Assembly: GCA_028534125.1 (NCBI GenBank)
Contig: CM052816.1
Coordinates: forward strand, 6,450,001 to 6,514,000
DNA: 64,000 bases
Source: Lama glama
Taxonomy: Eukaryota
Reading direction: 5' to 3'
The stretch's first letter is position 1, and each line of letters starts with the position of its first letter. Made by a program: the position numbers and the translations under genes. The notes under the pieces are model-generated. The model was not told where the DNA came from and made no database searches. It was given only the letters and a program-made list of their open reading frames with translations. Positions 51,193 through 64,000 of this stretch are shown in pieces.

Positions 51193-51435
51193 ACCTTGAG
51201 AGCGTGTTTGGAGGTTCTGGCAGGGGAGCGCAGCTACTCATAAACCCTTGACCAAGAAGAACGGTCCTCCTCTATCAGGGATGGTTGTCCTCTTCGACAG
51301 AGCGCGCAGCCTCAGGAGGGACACATACGGAGCGGTGAAGGAGGAAGGGGACACCCACATAGCCAGCCAATCAGCCGAATCAACCCTGGCGATCAGTGCA
51401 GTGACATATGTCGCAGCCAGATCGCCCTCACACCC
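51193..51435 (-). pseudogene. RN7SK: 7SK snRNA retropseudogene, 5' end intact, 3'-truncated (~nt 1-240), no poly(A) tail
   Basis: Minus strand reads 'tgtgagggcgatctggctgcgacat..gatcgccagggttgattcggctga..gagtagctgcgctcccctgccagaacctccaaaca.gctctcaagg', matching 7SK as recalled; flanked by direct repeats. Confidence 0.96.
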
Positions 51436-54354
51436 AGCTCCTATGTCATCCTTGGTTCTCTTTTCTTCTCCATTTGTGCTCATTCTCCTGCTGATCTCAT
51501 TTCTTATTAGTATGTAAATACTACCTATATGCTATGACTACCAAATGTGTCTCCCTGGTCCAGAACCCTCTCTGAAATGTAGCCTTGTTTAAATTATTGT
51601 AGATCTTAAAAGGCTGGCACATCACCTGATATTCTTTCTTTCTGCTCTTTCAGAATGCTTGCAATCTTCTCTTGTGCACCGCACATCGATGGCATCTAGC
51701 ACAAGACAGGTGTCTGATGCAATCATCATGGTATGCTATGAATATATATATATATGGTAGTTCTCTAGAGTTTTCAAGCTTGTGTAAAGATCCATCAGGA
51801 AGCAAGAGGTTAAAGAAATCCCACTTTAGTGACACAGAGGACAGTGTCTTTGATTTCATCTAGGACAAAGGGGTTTGATCACAGTACTATACAAATTCAA
51901 ATATCTGTTATAAATGACTTTTTAACCCCTTTTTTATTAATAGATCCTTTTCATCTATTGTGGATGTTGGAAGATTAAAAGAAAGAGTCACAGACACCAA
52001 TCCTTACTATCCACAGGAAATGTCCTATTACCACTAGAACATTTCTGTCATCCTTGCATTATAATTATGTCATATTGTTTTAATGATTTTTCATGCATTT
52101 AATAGTCATTACTGCTTCTCTGCTTTAGAAGAGTGTGATAACCTCCATCTAAAAACTCCGGTTTATGAAATTAGCCTCAGTTTACTCAGATGTAAAATGG
52201 GAAAATAAATCCCCACTTTCAAAGGACAAGGCATTATTAAACACTGTATTAAAAATATGGTATTTGTTACTAAAGTGTTGCAAACACATAAAACATAATT
52301 TGTATTATTATATACATAAAATCCCACTTATCACAGGGAAGCAAATCCAGCATGTAGTCTACAGCAGAGCAGTATTTGTAGCATTCTGACTGCAAGTAGA
52401 CAACTGGGCTGCCTAATTTCATAGCACAGCTAAAACGCAGCCTCTTAAATCTCAATTTACATCAAGAGTTTTTTACTGTCAGAAGGGAATCTCTTTCCTC
52501 AACACAGTGTAAATGTAGACGAACAAGAGTCTTCCACAATTAAAGAGATGCTTCCGTTTCCTTCCGACAGCTTCTTTAAATCTCCCCCTAAAGTTTTAAG
52601 AAACAAAGTGGGAAGAATTATGTTGCCTAAAAGCCTTCAATAAATTTCTCATGGTTCCTATAATATATTCCCTCTATCTTTCTCCTGGAATTTCCTGTGC
52701 CTTGAAAACTGAGGCTGAAGAATGAACATCAAGACAACTGCTATAGTTATTTTAACCTCGAGATGGTGAAGGCCTGACGTATTAGACGACAGGTATTTTG
52801 CAGAGGTTGCTAACCAATTTCCTGTCAGGCATGAAAGCAGAGGAAATAAAGACAAATGTCCAGACAAAGCACTTCTGGGGTGTGCAGATGATGAGAAAAT
52901 ACAAATGACTTACTTGAGGAGTTACGGATTTGGCCTCCCTGAGAATTATCACCTACCCGTATTAGTGTCTAATTTAAACAGTTTCTTCAGTACTTGCCAT
53001 TGGCCTGACATTTTACTAGGAACTTACATAACACTTACAATCTTCTCAGCAGTCATTTTTCGTAGTGTGCTATGTCTCAGCTTTATGCCTTTTTTATATC
53101 ATGGCCAAGGGAGTTTCAAAGTCCCTTGCCCAAAATTTTAAAAATGCAACCTCTTTCCACAGTGCAAAAATATTCTCCATTGAGATGAGCAAGTATTTTC
53201 CTGGCTGAGGAGAACAAACAATAGATGAAAATTATCTCCAGACAAACTAACAAAAAGAAACTGTAATCTTAAATATGTAAGATTTCAACAAGTGTACACC
53301 TAGAAAACGGGACGATGTGACCCGGCAGGAGCTATGTTCAATGAAGTCTGAGATAATCTGACATACGGTTGAGACTGTGAGAGCTATGAGATGTAGAATT
53401 CGGGTTGGAAAAGTGCGCAATTTTTCTGCGTGTGGTCCTTTAAGGAGCATACTACTGCCAGGTCCAGGTTTTAAGAGGAAACTTGCCAAGAGGAAAAAAG
53501 ATCTTACAACTAGGTCCCGTGGAGAAGAGTTCAACAACCTCAGGTTACTTAATTGGGATGTAAAGATTCTAAGGTTTACGATGCCTTCTTTGAATCAAAT
53601 GAGCGACCACTTAACTTGTTAAGGAAAGATGCCTCACGGACCTTGTGACAGCGAGAACTGAATTTGTGCAAGTTGCAAGCAGTCAGAAATGCCCTTCTTA
53701 TGTTGAATTTAAGTACACGAGTTCAAGCTGTCCACGTCCAGATGAGAATGAACAGCCTTGGGGGGTCACACGTCTCCTTTTGTCTGAGGTAAGGCAGCAG
53801 AACCAGGAGGGTTACTGTATGGAAAATTCTAGCACTGGGTTTAGACTCGACTTGACAACTCTTAAAGCTCTCCTAACAGAGTCTTCAAAATTTTTGATCT
53901 AGTTTCTTCTGATTCTGGGATTGTGAGAAAAATCTGTGATGACAGAGCCTTTAAGAATTGTCTAGCCTTCCAGTATTCTAATTGCAAAAGTAGAAAATTA
54001 GTCATTAGTTAAATAGCTCCCGGTGTATCTATGAGGCTCTCATTTTAACGTTAACAACTTCGTTGTTTTTCTTGTTCACTGTTTCTCTCAGAATACCAAG
54101 GACACTGCATCAGGGTCAAGGTCATTTCTTAAAATAAATTTAATAAACTTCTTCTTCTCAAATAAAATTCTATTTTATTAGCTATAGACAGACATTATAA
54201 GAAGGGTAATAACCAACTTCGACAAGACTTTTCATGGCTAGGTTTGAAGTATGGCGACCACACTTTCAGCACTCAGGGTGAGCTAACCAATGAAACCATT
54301 TCTTTCACAAACGAAAACTCTTGCAGCTTGTGAGACTTAAAACTGTTGTGTTTC

Positions 54355-54480
54355 TCACTATATAGGTCATGAAACTGAGGCTTAGAGAAGTTAAGCATCT
54401 TGTCAAATGTTCCACAGCCAGTCAAGTGATACAGTTGTGTCCTCATCTCAGAGGTGAGTAACTTGGACTTTCCAATTAGA
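54355..54480 (-). mobile_element. MIR fragment
   Basis: 'gaaactgaggcttagagaagttaagcatcttgtcaa'. Confidence 0.75.
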
Positions 54481-55677
54481 GGTAGGAGTAACGGGTCAAC
54501 CAAATGGGGAACGCACCTGCCTGCCGGGTGCCAAGCACCCCACCACAGCAGGAGGCATGTAACTCCATCTGAGTTAACTGGGCAGAAACTCAGGACCCAG
54601 AAACATTATACTGCTTGATATCTTGAAGAATAACTGTCTCAAAAGGAATGTCCAAACGGTCTCACTGCCTTAGCGTTTAGCTTGAAGGAAAGCGGTGATG
54701 TGACGGCAGTTCCCTTTGGGAAGCATTTTGAAGCACACGTCTCCCCATACATGTAATCTCAGAGGGGTTTTCAGGATGGAGGCTGAGGGTTAGGAGGCGG
54801 CACTGTGAAACATAACCATCCTCTGCCAGCTCTTCCCTGACTGGGTCAGCCTCCTCCGTTTCAGCAATGATGACACTGACCTCATTCACAGTGGGAACGA
54901 CCACCTTGTCCACAGCAGTCCAGGAAAGCTTCATCTACTCTTGGGTCACAGCCTTGTACTTATTCATGTGTTAACTTGCTGATTTAATATATTCCTTTAC
55001 TACCAGAGTAGGTCACATACCAACAAACCATCATCGGGGTGACTTCTTACTCTCACTACACTATTCTTTCCTTATTATTACTCTGTTGAAAAATTACCTC
55101 TGCTTTGATCAGTACTCCTCCCACACCTTCCCTTCTTAGCAGTTCCCCTCATAACACTGGATTCCATTCTCTTTAACTTTCCTTACAACTTCACAGTTTA
55201 GTCACACTCATTCTTTCCTTTGGAATTTTGGAAGATCTGTATTTATAGAGTGCTTCCTCACCCAAACCAGTGGAAACATTTTGCTTTACAGAACAAGTCT
55301 GAACAAGCTAAAGAGTTAAAAAAGAAACTATGATTTAAGTTAAAAAAAAAAAAGAATACACCAGTGAGAAAATTAAGCGTATATTTTTTGTGATGTAGGC
55401 TTTGGAATCCCAGGGTTCAGCTGGAAGTATCACACCACTGTAACCTGTCTCTCTTGTATAAACAGTATATTCTTACCACCTGAGGCCATGTTCATATTAC
55501 GGGGTCAAAGAGCAAACATTGAGTCATGAGCAGTAGGTGTGAACTGTAGTGGACAGGCAAGTGTTTCTGTCCCTAAGTGCCTCAGAGCTTGGCTTGAGAG
55601 AAAGCAACAGAAGGAAAGAAAGATGGCAGCTTCTGCAGTCTGATGGACCTGGGTTTATATTATTAATAACCACTCAA

Positions 55678-56128
55678 GCAATATGGATGGACCTGGAGAT
55701 CATCATTCTAAGTGAAGTAAACAAGAAAGAGAAAGAAAGATACCATATGATGTCACTTATATTTGGAATCTAAAAAAAAAAAAGACAAACGAACTTATAA
55801 AACAGACACAGACTCATAGACATAGAAAACAAACTTATGGTTACCAGGGGGGAAAGGGAGTGGAAAGGGATAAATTGGGAGTTTGATATTTGCAAATATA
55901 TTTAATATATTTTATATATATTTTAATATATATAAAATAGGTAAGCAGCAAGTTCATACTGTATGATATAGCACAGGGAATCATATTCACCATCTTGTAG
56001 TAACTTATAATGAAAAAGAGTATGAAAAGGAATATATGTATGTTCATGTATGCCTGAAGCATTGTGCTGTACACCAGAAATTGATACAGCATTGTAAACT
56101 GACTATACTTCAATAAAATTTTTTTAAA
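55678..56128 (+). mobile_element. Camelid-type L1 3' end (5'-truncated)
   Basis: 'WMDLEIIILSEV'; ends 'gtaaactgactatacttcaataaaa'. Confidence 0.92.
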
Positions 56129-58139
56129 AGAATGAGAATAATCTTAGGCAGGGAATACACTCCTCTGCTTACCACTGATGGCACCAGTGCTGGACTCTGT
56201 TTTTGCTACCTGTCTCTCCTTTGCTCTCTACTAATCTTCCTTTAGAATCAAGATGGTATGCAGTGAACTTTACTTGTACCACTAGTCAACTCAATCTTCT
56301 GTAAGATGTTATGGAACAGAAGGCCTGTACCATGGGGTGGGGAGGTGGAGACTGGGTAAGAGCATCTCCCAGCCGCACGTTCATCCCAGAGGACAAAGAG
56401 CAGCCGGGCAGAGCGTGACTTTATGGGACCTTGCCTGGTATTCCAGAGTACCTGCCACTGTCCTAGCTCTTCAATGGGTGCTACTGAGGTTAGGAAGGAA
56501 ACTGAGGACAGGATCATACTACTGACAAATCCTTTCTTTTTTTCCTTTAAACAGGGAGTCTCAGCACCTAGGAATTTATCAAGTAAGTTAGGCTATAGAG
56601 GAAAACCAAATGTACAGTGGACAAAACCAATGAGAGGAAAATGCATTTCAGCATCCAAAAGGACTGATCGTCAAGAAGCAGTAAGAATTTAAAAGCCAAT
56701 CTCTGAAAGACCTCAAACAAGTGCCTCTGGAGAGTTATGGCAGGCTGGTGAAGAGGACAAATTCAGGAACTGCAACTCACATAGCAACTGGCCACTCATC
56801 CTGAAAATAAATCCACTCTGGTCCGTATTTATCCAGCAGTTACCTTTGATTGCTAAATGATTCTATTCTGCAGCACCTAATGTTTGTTCTCCAATTCTTT
56901 GATGTCTAGTGTCAACCAGGCATTTAATAACTGTCAACCAAGATACTGTATTTGAGAGAATATAGTCAGTGAAAGATTAAATAAGGCACCGCAGCCAGAC
57001 CACCTACTGTGCAGGAACGTATTCTGCGCTAGAAAATAACATTACCAGCCTAAGGATAAAAAGAATTTCAAATGAGAGACTTCGGATTTCCCACCCCGCA
57101 ATGCAAGGTGTGAGTTTCTACCCTCAGTTAGGATGTGTGTGGCTTGGCCTAGTTTAAAACGCCCTCCCGGCCCATCCCCTGTCTATCATGGCCTTTGAGA
57201 CTCACTTCTGCCCAGAAGGTCCCCCGATCAGCCCTGTCACACTCAGCATTCTTTGTATCCCAGCTCCTCAAGTCAAAACATTCCGGCCAACAGGAACAGA
57301 AGTTAACACTGAACTTCCAATCAGAACACTGCAGCGTGAATAATAATTCCCTTCCTCTCTGCCATGTGGCCAGGTGCTTACTGGACCTCAGACCTCGCCA
57401 TCAGTAAAATGGGGTGTTATGTCAGCGTCTGTGCTCTTACAGCTGTAACATGTTCAACATGGCCTCTTAACAGCTGTCACATTGTTTTCAATATTTGTGG
57501 TTTGTTAAAATGTGACCGGCCCATTAGAGGACTATTACAAGTAGACTTATGATAAAGAAATACTATAGCAAAAAAGGTTGTATGTGTTCAAGTCCATGCA
57601 AGAAGACACATGCCAGTCATGCAGAGAAAAACTGCAAACTGGAGCATGGTGGCAGTTATGGATAAATAAGAGCAGCTCCAGTGGACAGGTCTGAGCTCTG
57701 CCCCATGGCACATGCTGTTTACAGTTGTGCCCTCTTGGCACTCCTGGCCTGAGGTCAGTGGTCATCAACCACAAAGTCGGTACAGGAAGTCAGGGAGCGA
57801 AGGGGAATCCACGGTGGGATAATCTCTGTAGGTCCCATGACACTTTTAAGACAACTGCCTGTCGTCACATTTGGCCTAGTGAAACCCTGAATATCAAGAG
57901 CTACTCAAAAAAACCCTGCAGGCTACACACATGCAGAGAGCCACACCTCTGCTAGCAGGAAGTGGCTTTCATTGCTGATGGATTCTCTACTTCATGTGAA
58001 GGAAACAGCATTCTCAGAAACACTGCTGTTACACAGTTGACAAAGCAGTAATATTTGTTTTCTTTGATTTTTCCCCCTTTATTTCTGGTTCACTCTTTTT
58101 GTTGATTATATTAAAATAGCAATTGCGATTTCTTAGCTA

Positions 58140-58310
58140 TCAATGCCATGTAAGTATTTTGTATAGCAGTATCTTATTTAATCCTCCCAACCAACCCTTT
58201 TCCAGACGAGAAAATGGAAACTTAAGAGAATGAAGTACCAGGTTCTTTCAAGAATTAATGATTGATAAAGTCAGAATGTGAACCCAGTTTTGTGTGATTC
58301 CATCAGGAGA
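58140..58310 (-). mobile_element. MIR fragment
   Basis: 'atcttatttaatcctcccaac..ccagacgagaaaatggaaacttaagaga'. Confidence 0.6.
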
Positions 58311-60104
58311 GTTTCTGTGCTGCCCTGCGTTATTCTGTCTCTGACATTGCCCTTCCCTCTTAGGAACAGATCTACCAACACGGAGAGATCAAGCTGAGTG
58401 TCTGCGGCCTCTATCTGGGCTTTTTCACTCGGCATCTGAAGGCACCTCTGGATTATTTACAATCTCTAATTCATTCTGTTGTATTTCCTGGTCCTCCTCT
58501 CACCATAGAAACCAGATAGAAACATACTGAGCCCCAGTGATTAATCTGATTTGTGCTCACTTTCTCAGCCTGAGGTCCATCTATTTTCTTTGGCCTATTT
58601 CTTAGTGAGTTTAAACTCACTTACTGGGAAATTTCTCAAAGCCGCTAAGATCTTATTATCAATAGGCCCCATGAGCTGATCTGAAAGACAAAGAGGACAT
58701 GCAGTGTCATGAATACAGAGCTGTCTCCATGGCCGCGTCTCATAACTATGGAGAGAGATGTGGTCTGTCTGACTGGGTAGGGTATTTTCTAAGTGAGATA
58801 CTCAGGAAAATTATTTTTTATGTGGGTACTTTTTTGAAAGGTAATGTTTAGAACATTATAATTTAGTTTTAATAGTCTAGTTCTGCTAAAGAAAGCAAAT
58901 CTTTTGATTATACACCCAACTGTTTTTTTTTTTTCACAGACTATTAAGAAAACCCAAGCACTTTATACATTCCCTTCTTTCCATTGGAAAAAATTACTTC
59001 TTAAATAAGAACACTGAAAGCATGTATTCTGCCAGATTTTTTTCTTCAGGCAGTATAAAATTGAAAACATAGTTTTAATAAAAATTGAATAAACATTAAT
59101 GAAGGAACTATGTTAAATACCTGAACTCAACTGAAGGCTGGGGAATTTTTCCCCAATAAAATCCACACCTGCTCACTGCTTGATATTTCACCTGTCCCCT
59201 TTTAGTTCTTGTGGTCTCTAAGCCTCTGTAATTGGCGTCTTGGATTTACTATTTAGTGAAAGGTCTGAGATCTCCAGTATCCAAATCTGTGGCATGTCTG
59301 AAATGCTCGCTTTGGCTGCTTCAGAGAACCACCTGGACTGACTCAGCTGTGACGCATCTGGATGCACTGGGTATGGGCCAAGTTAAAAAAAAAAAACACA
59401 CTGGATGGAGTTGCATTTCCAGACTCTGGTTATTTTTGCTTTTTAAATAGTTGGCCATAAAATCATGCATTAGGAAATAGGTTCGATGAGTGGAAACCCT
59501 TTCAAAGAATCACCTGTTCTAGTCTTGATTTCCTGTTTTGGAAACTCTTCCTCACATCTAGACAAATTTTTTCTTGCTACAATTAGCCAAGAGGCCCCAC
59601 TGCTTTGTTTAACTTCAGCCTTGACAGGGAAGTCTTCTAGGCAATCCTACAAAGTTATAAAACTATTACAATAAAACCATGATCACACAGATAAGATGAG
59701 TTTGGGCTAACTGGAGATTTCCAGTAACTGACTGCTGGCTCAAAAAACATTCTGATCACTGATTATTTACACTGATAATCTGTCTCCAGTATGTCTGATT
59801 TCACTATCTAGACATAGCAACTTTTACTCCTGTTTCTGTTCTTTATTAGTCTCATTTTTATCTGTGGTAAGTGGTTGGGGTTCATTTCTCTGGACCACCT
59901 CCAGTGTTGGCATTGACCTTCTAAAATGGAGAGGCTTAAGAAGGCAACCATTATTTCACACATCATCCCGTGCTGTATTACTTATATTCCAACTAACATC
60001 CCAGGTGACTTTTCAAGCCATGTCCTCATTCATTCATTCTCTGCTTAACAAGGTTTGCTCTAAACAGAACACTGGGGAATGAAGGTAACTCATCCAAGAA
60101 GATT

Positions 60105-61200
60105 AGGAACTTACAATGGCACATCTCTTAATTGATGACCCATCACAAGATATCTAGTTACCTCCTAACCCCCTTCTGAGAAAGGTACCCAAACTGAACT
60201 TGCTTGGCTCTTCCTCATCTCAGAAAATGTCACCACTTCCATCCATTTTTCAAGCCAAAAACCTAGAAGTCATTCTTGATTACCCTTTTACTCTGCTACA
60301 ACTGCCAACTCATCAGTAACTCCTAACCTCTCCACCCCCAAATTATCTCTCTGACATATCAACTTCTCACAACTCCACTGTGATCAGCCTTTAAAAGTGG
60401 ATGATTTCTCTCCTAGGTAACAGCTTTCTATCTGCACTCCTGATTTTCACTCTTGTCTCATTGCCATCTCTTATTTTTATGCAAATGAAAACACCATAAT
60501 CTTACACTCAGGGATCACCACCAAGGTTAACACCTTAGTAGGTGTCTTTGTAGATCTTTTTCTACACATATGTGTATACCTGTCTGTGTTGTTTTTTAAC
60601 CAAAGTGAGAACATAGTATCTCTACTGCTTTGTAACTTGTATCCTGGTTGATAATATTGCCTCTGCATTTCAGTAATTTTTAAAATTTCTCCAGTGATCT
60701 TGAAACGTCGTTACTCCTATTTCCCCCCTATTCCAGGATCATTCTTTAATCATACTCTTAATCCAGCACCATCCCTTTCTTTTGACTGTGACTTGTTGAA
60801 ATGATAGGGATAATATTCTTATAATTTCCTCACAAAGAAGTCTGACTTTTACTTCTACAAATGTAAATCAGATCAGTTGACTCTCTTTCTTAAACATATT
60901 AATGGCTTCTCACTGCATGTGGTCTAAAATCCAAACCCCTACTATGGTCCTTGAGGCCTGATTGTCTGCCTTCTGCCCAGCCTCACTGACGTGGTCTTCT
61001 AACCACTACTTCCTCCTGCTCACAAAGTACAGATTATAGAGGCCTCATCTCAGAGCCTCAAGGACCCGAAGCCTGTCTTACCTCAACACCTTTGTACTTA
61101 TCCTCTTCTCGCTGATCTTTTTATAGCCCTCTGGTCTCAGTTCAAATAGCGCTACTGCTCAGAGTTGTCACTCGTTTTCCAATGTAAAGTCATCATCTTC
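60105..61200 (+). mobile_element. L2 fragments (interrupted ~60475-60680)
   Basis: 'caagccaaaaacctagaagtcattcttgatt', 'aaatgtaaatcagatca', 'aatggcttctcactgc..aaaatccaaaccc'. Confidence 0.75.
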
Positions 61201-61204
61201 CTTC

Positions 61205-61620
61205 ATCTCAGTGACCCCTAATGAACCAGGCCCTGTTTTCATGCACTTGGGTGGCCCCCGGCACCCTGAGTCTGGGCTTGCACATGTGACTTGATATGGC
61301 CAGTGGGACATCAAAAAGTATGACAGCCACATATGCTTAAGAAACACCTGCACCGAGGGTCTTGTGTGTTTAACATCCTGCTGCCTCTCTATAGAGAAGC
61401 TTGTGAAGGCATACAGAACGATGACAAGGTAAAGACCTTCTGGAGGATGACAGTGACTTTGGATGAATGCAGTTGCGTAAGTAACTTTGGGATTTCACCT
61501 AGAGGAGGAGAACCACTCAGGTGAGTCCAGTCAACTCACAGATTCATGGGAATTGATAAATTATTGTTTTTAGGCAGCACATGTTGGGTGGTTTTCCCAC
61601 AACAACTGGTAACTGAAACA
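61205..61620 (+). mobile_element. MLT1-type MaLR LTR
   Basis: 'catgtgacttgatatggccagtggga'; 3' end 'attgtttttaggcagcacatgttgggtggtttt..aactgaaaca'. Confidence 0.7.
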
Positions 61621-61629
61621 GTTCCTCTT

Positions 61630-61835
61630 CCTTTTAATGCACCTCACAGCATTTACTGCCATCTGAAATAATCAGACATTTTGTCCACCTGATATAGTCC
61701 CTCTCCGGCCACTGTAAATGCCATGAGGACAGAAATTTTGCGAGACTGTTACCATTGTATGTTATCTTGAGTGCCTGTGACAGTGCTTGGCACCTAGTAG
61801 ACACACTCAATAAAATTTTTTTGCTGGATGGATAA
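61630..61835 (+). mobile_element. L2 3' end
   Basis: 'acagtgcttggcacctagtagacacactcaataaaa..tggatggat'. Confidence 0.8.
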
Positions 61836-62429
61836 AAAGCTCCAAGACTCTTAAGAAAAACAATTAGGAAAAATGTGTAAAAGATGAAGTGGAGACGAGT
61901 CAAAGATCACTTATGGCGACCTTGTTGTTGTCAACAAAGTGGTAGCCCAGGGAGGAAAAGACACATGCTGTTTAAAGTCGGCCGGTACAGTAGGAAAGAG
62001 TTTGCGAAGTACACCGTTCACAGAGTAAAAGCCCCAAATCCAAAAACGCCAAAGTCTCAGAAAGGACTCAAAGCCCAGTGTTCCCTGCAAATAAAAGACG
62101 CCGGACCGTAAGCATCTGGGTTTGGAGGCGCTCTCCGGAACCCTGCTGGGGCACTGCTCTCCGTGGTGTTTGGGAAGGCGGCCTGGGGGACAGGTCTGCT
62201 CGTCCTGTATAAGCTCTGAGCCGTCACCTGTGCATCTGGACTCCAGTCGCCTGGTGGTGACCTAGGCCCCCAGACGCCTGGTCTTCACCTTCTATTTTCA
62301 CTTTTCCATGGCAACATCCTGCCCCTGAGCTGTGAGGTTTTTGTTTTTTGTTTGTTTGTTTGTTTCCAAACAATACCACCACCCCGTTTTACTCTGTGAC
62401 ACTGACCCATGTACCTACATGGACAAGCT

Positions 62430-62680
62430 TACCAGCCTGTATTCGTTGTTGACAACATGTCAGGCCCTCTGTTAAGTGATTTCCATGCATTATTTCATTT
62501 TAAGCTCATAGCATCACTTAGAGGTAAATACTCTTCTTGTTTCCATTGTACTGGTGAAGAAACTGTGCATCAAATAATTTAGGTAACATGTCTAAGGTTA
62601 ACAGCTAAAATAAGTGCAGAAGTCCTGCTTCAAATCTCTATCTGCGTATCTGCAAATCTTAGGATCTAATGCCTTCTCTG
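62430..62680 (-). mobile_element. MIR
   Basis: 'ccatgcattatttcatttta..ccattgtactggtgaagaaactg..aggtaacatgtctaaggt'. Confidence 0.75.
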
Positions 62681-63535
62681 TATACTCGAGACTCAACCGC
62701 CGTGGGCCTGCACGTGCCAACCTCAGCCTAGTTCTCAACCTGGATACCTCTCCTAGCAAATCTCACCGGGAGGCGCCCCATGCCTTTGCAGTCAAATAAA
62801 CTGTCAGGCTTAAGCTGAGAACTAGTGAATGTTTACCTGGTTATGTTAGACTTCCCAAGTGGCTCAGTACTTTACACCTTGACTCCCCGAAGAGTACCTA
62901 CTTTTGCATCTTTCAAATCTGCTGGCAGCTTAGCAGGAATATTATTCGGGACAGAGGAACTGTAAGAGCTTGGCTATATGAAAAATAATTTCCCCCGTAT
63001 ATGCATTTTGGCATGTTCTGCCCTATGTAAATATTTAGTTATGTTTAGGAGTGGACAGAGTTGTTTGATTTAGAACCTTAAGCTTAACAAACTCCAAAGA
63101 GCATCTACTCCAGGGTTTTTAGTAATATAGCCTTTTCTTTCCATCCTTTCGTGCAAATAAAAGGTCAGTATCACATTTCTGTGATTTAAGAAGATTTACG
63201 TACATGTGGTGGTTGCAGGGGTAGGAATGAGGAGGAGTTAGTGTTACGCGGTTCCTTGGCTTTCTCCTTTGGCCAGACCATTGAAAGCCACCTGCTCAGA
63301 GTCACAGTTTTCCAGATAATGGTATAGTTACCTGTGAGTTTTGGCACCTAGCACTGTGACACCAAAATGCACAACTTAATTTGATGTGTGCACCTCCTCT
63401 TCACCTGGGCAGTAGGCAGTGCTTTTTCTTTTCCTGCCTCGGCTGACTCTGAGAAAAGAATTGCTTCTCCCTGTTTTCCAGGCCCACCTCCCTGGATTCC
63501 CTCGTGGTGCACACTGTTTGCTGCCTCCAGACTGG

Positions 63536-63548
63536 GTTGCCTAGCAAC
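63536..63548. promoter_or_regulatory. Canonical RFX X-box motif GTTGCCTAGCAAC
   Basis: Exact match to the RFX palindromic consensus, in apparently unique sequence. Confidence 0.5.
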
Positions 63549-64000
63549 CAAGCTCTGCAGGCTTCGTAATAGACAAAGCCTTTCCCTTCCAGTCCAACTG
63601 CTGCACTAATGCTCACTGTTGACAAGGGAACAACTCCCTGCTGAGCATACTCTGTAATCTGGAGGCAGACTTGGGGACTTGGTGCCAGGAGATATGAACA
63701 TCTCTCCTAAATAGGGAGGAGAAATAGAAGTTGGGGAACCAACTCATTTTTGAGCATGGACTATTTCCTGCACTGCGAGATGACGATGCATGCATTTCCA
63801 CTTGGTCACTCACCAGAAATTATATTACAGAAGGCATTTTGTTAACAGTGGAACCTGAATTCAGAGAATAATTCACATCATCATCATCTTGCCCTGTATG
63901 ACCCACAAAGAAACCATCTAATATTTCAAGGTATACAGTGACACCATCTGAAATTATTTCATGCCTGTCAGCCGAGTGGCTCAGACTGAAGCTCCACTGA

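Noticed and set aside
51238..51517. 81-89 aa ORFs on both strands
   Set aside because: They overlap the non-coding 7SK pseudogene
54677..54934. Protein-like ORF (VVVPTVNEVSVIIAETEEADPVREELAEDG)
   Set aside because: Not recognised, no clear splice boundaries or processed-pseudogene hallmarks; cannot be supported without a BLAST search

Overview
Mammalian genomic DNA, not microbial. It is most likely camelid (alpaca/camel), inferred from a tRNA-Ala-derived SINE and cetartiodactyl-type L1 3' ends. The window has two 500-N assembly gaps (9950-10449, 46293-46792). It is dominated by decayed transposable elements: nested and internally deleted LINE-1 copies fill most of 1-30.4 kb and 38-40 kb. There are also L2 and MIR fragments, several solo LTRs, MLT1 LTRs, and MER47/MER5-type DNA transposons. 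No intact protein-coding gene was recognised, and the ORF track is mostly broken L1 fragments or noise. The best-supported unusual features are (1) a 3'-truncated, poly(A)-less 7SK retropseudogene with direct repeats and target/RNA microhomology at both junctions, and (2) a very short L1 3' end carrying about 150 bp of apparently transduced sequence inside one target-site duplication. More speculative are three RFX X-box-like sites and a set of phase-compatible minus-strand exon-like segments that may belong to an unannotated or decayed gene. Repeat subfamily names come from recalled consensus sequences and were not checked by search. I found no convincing novel biological system.
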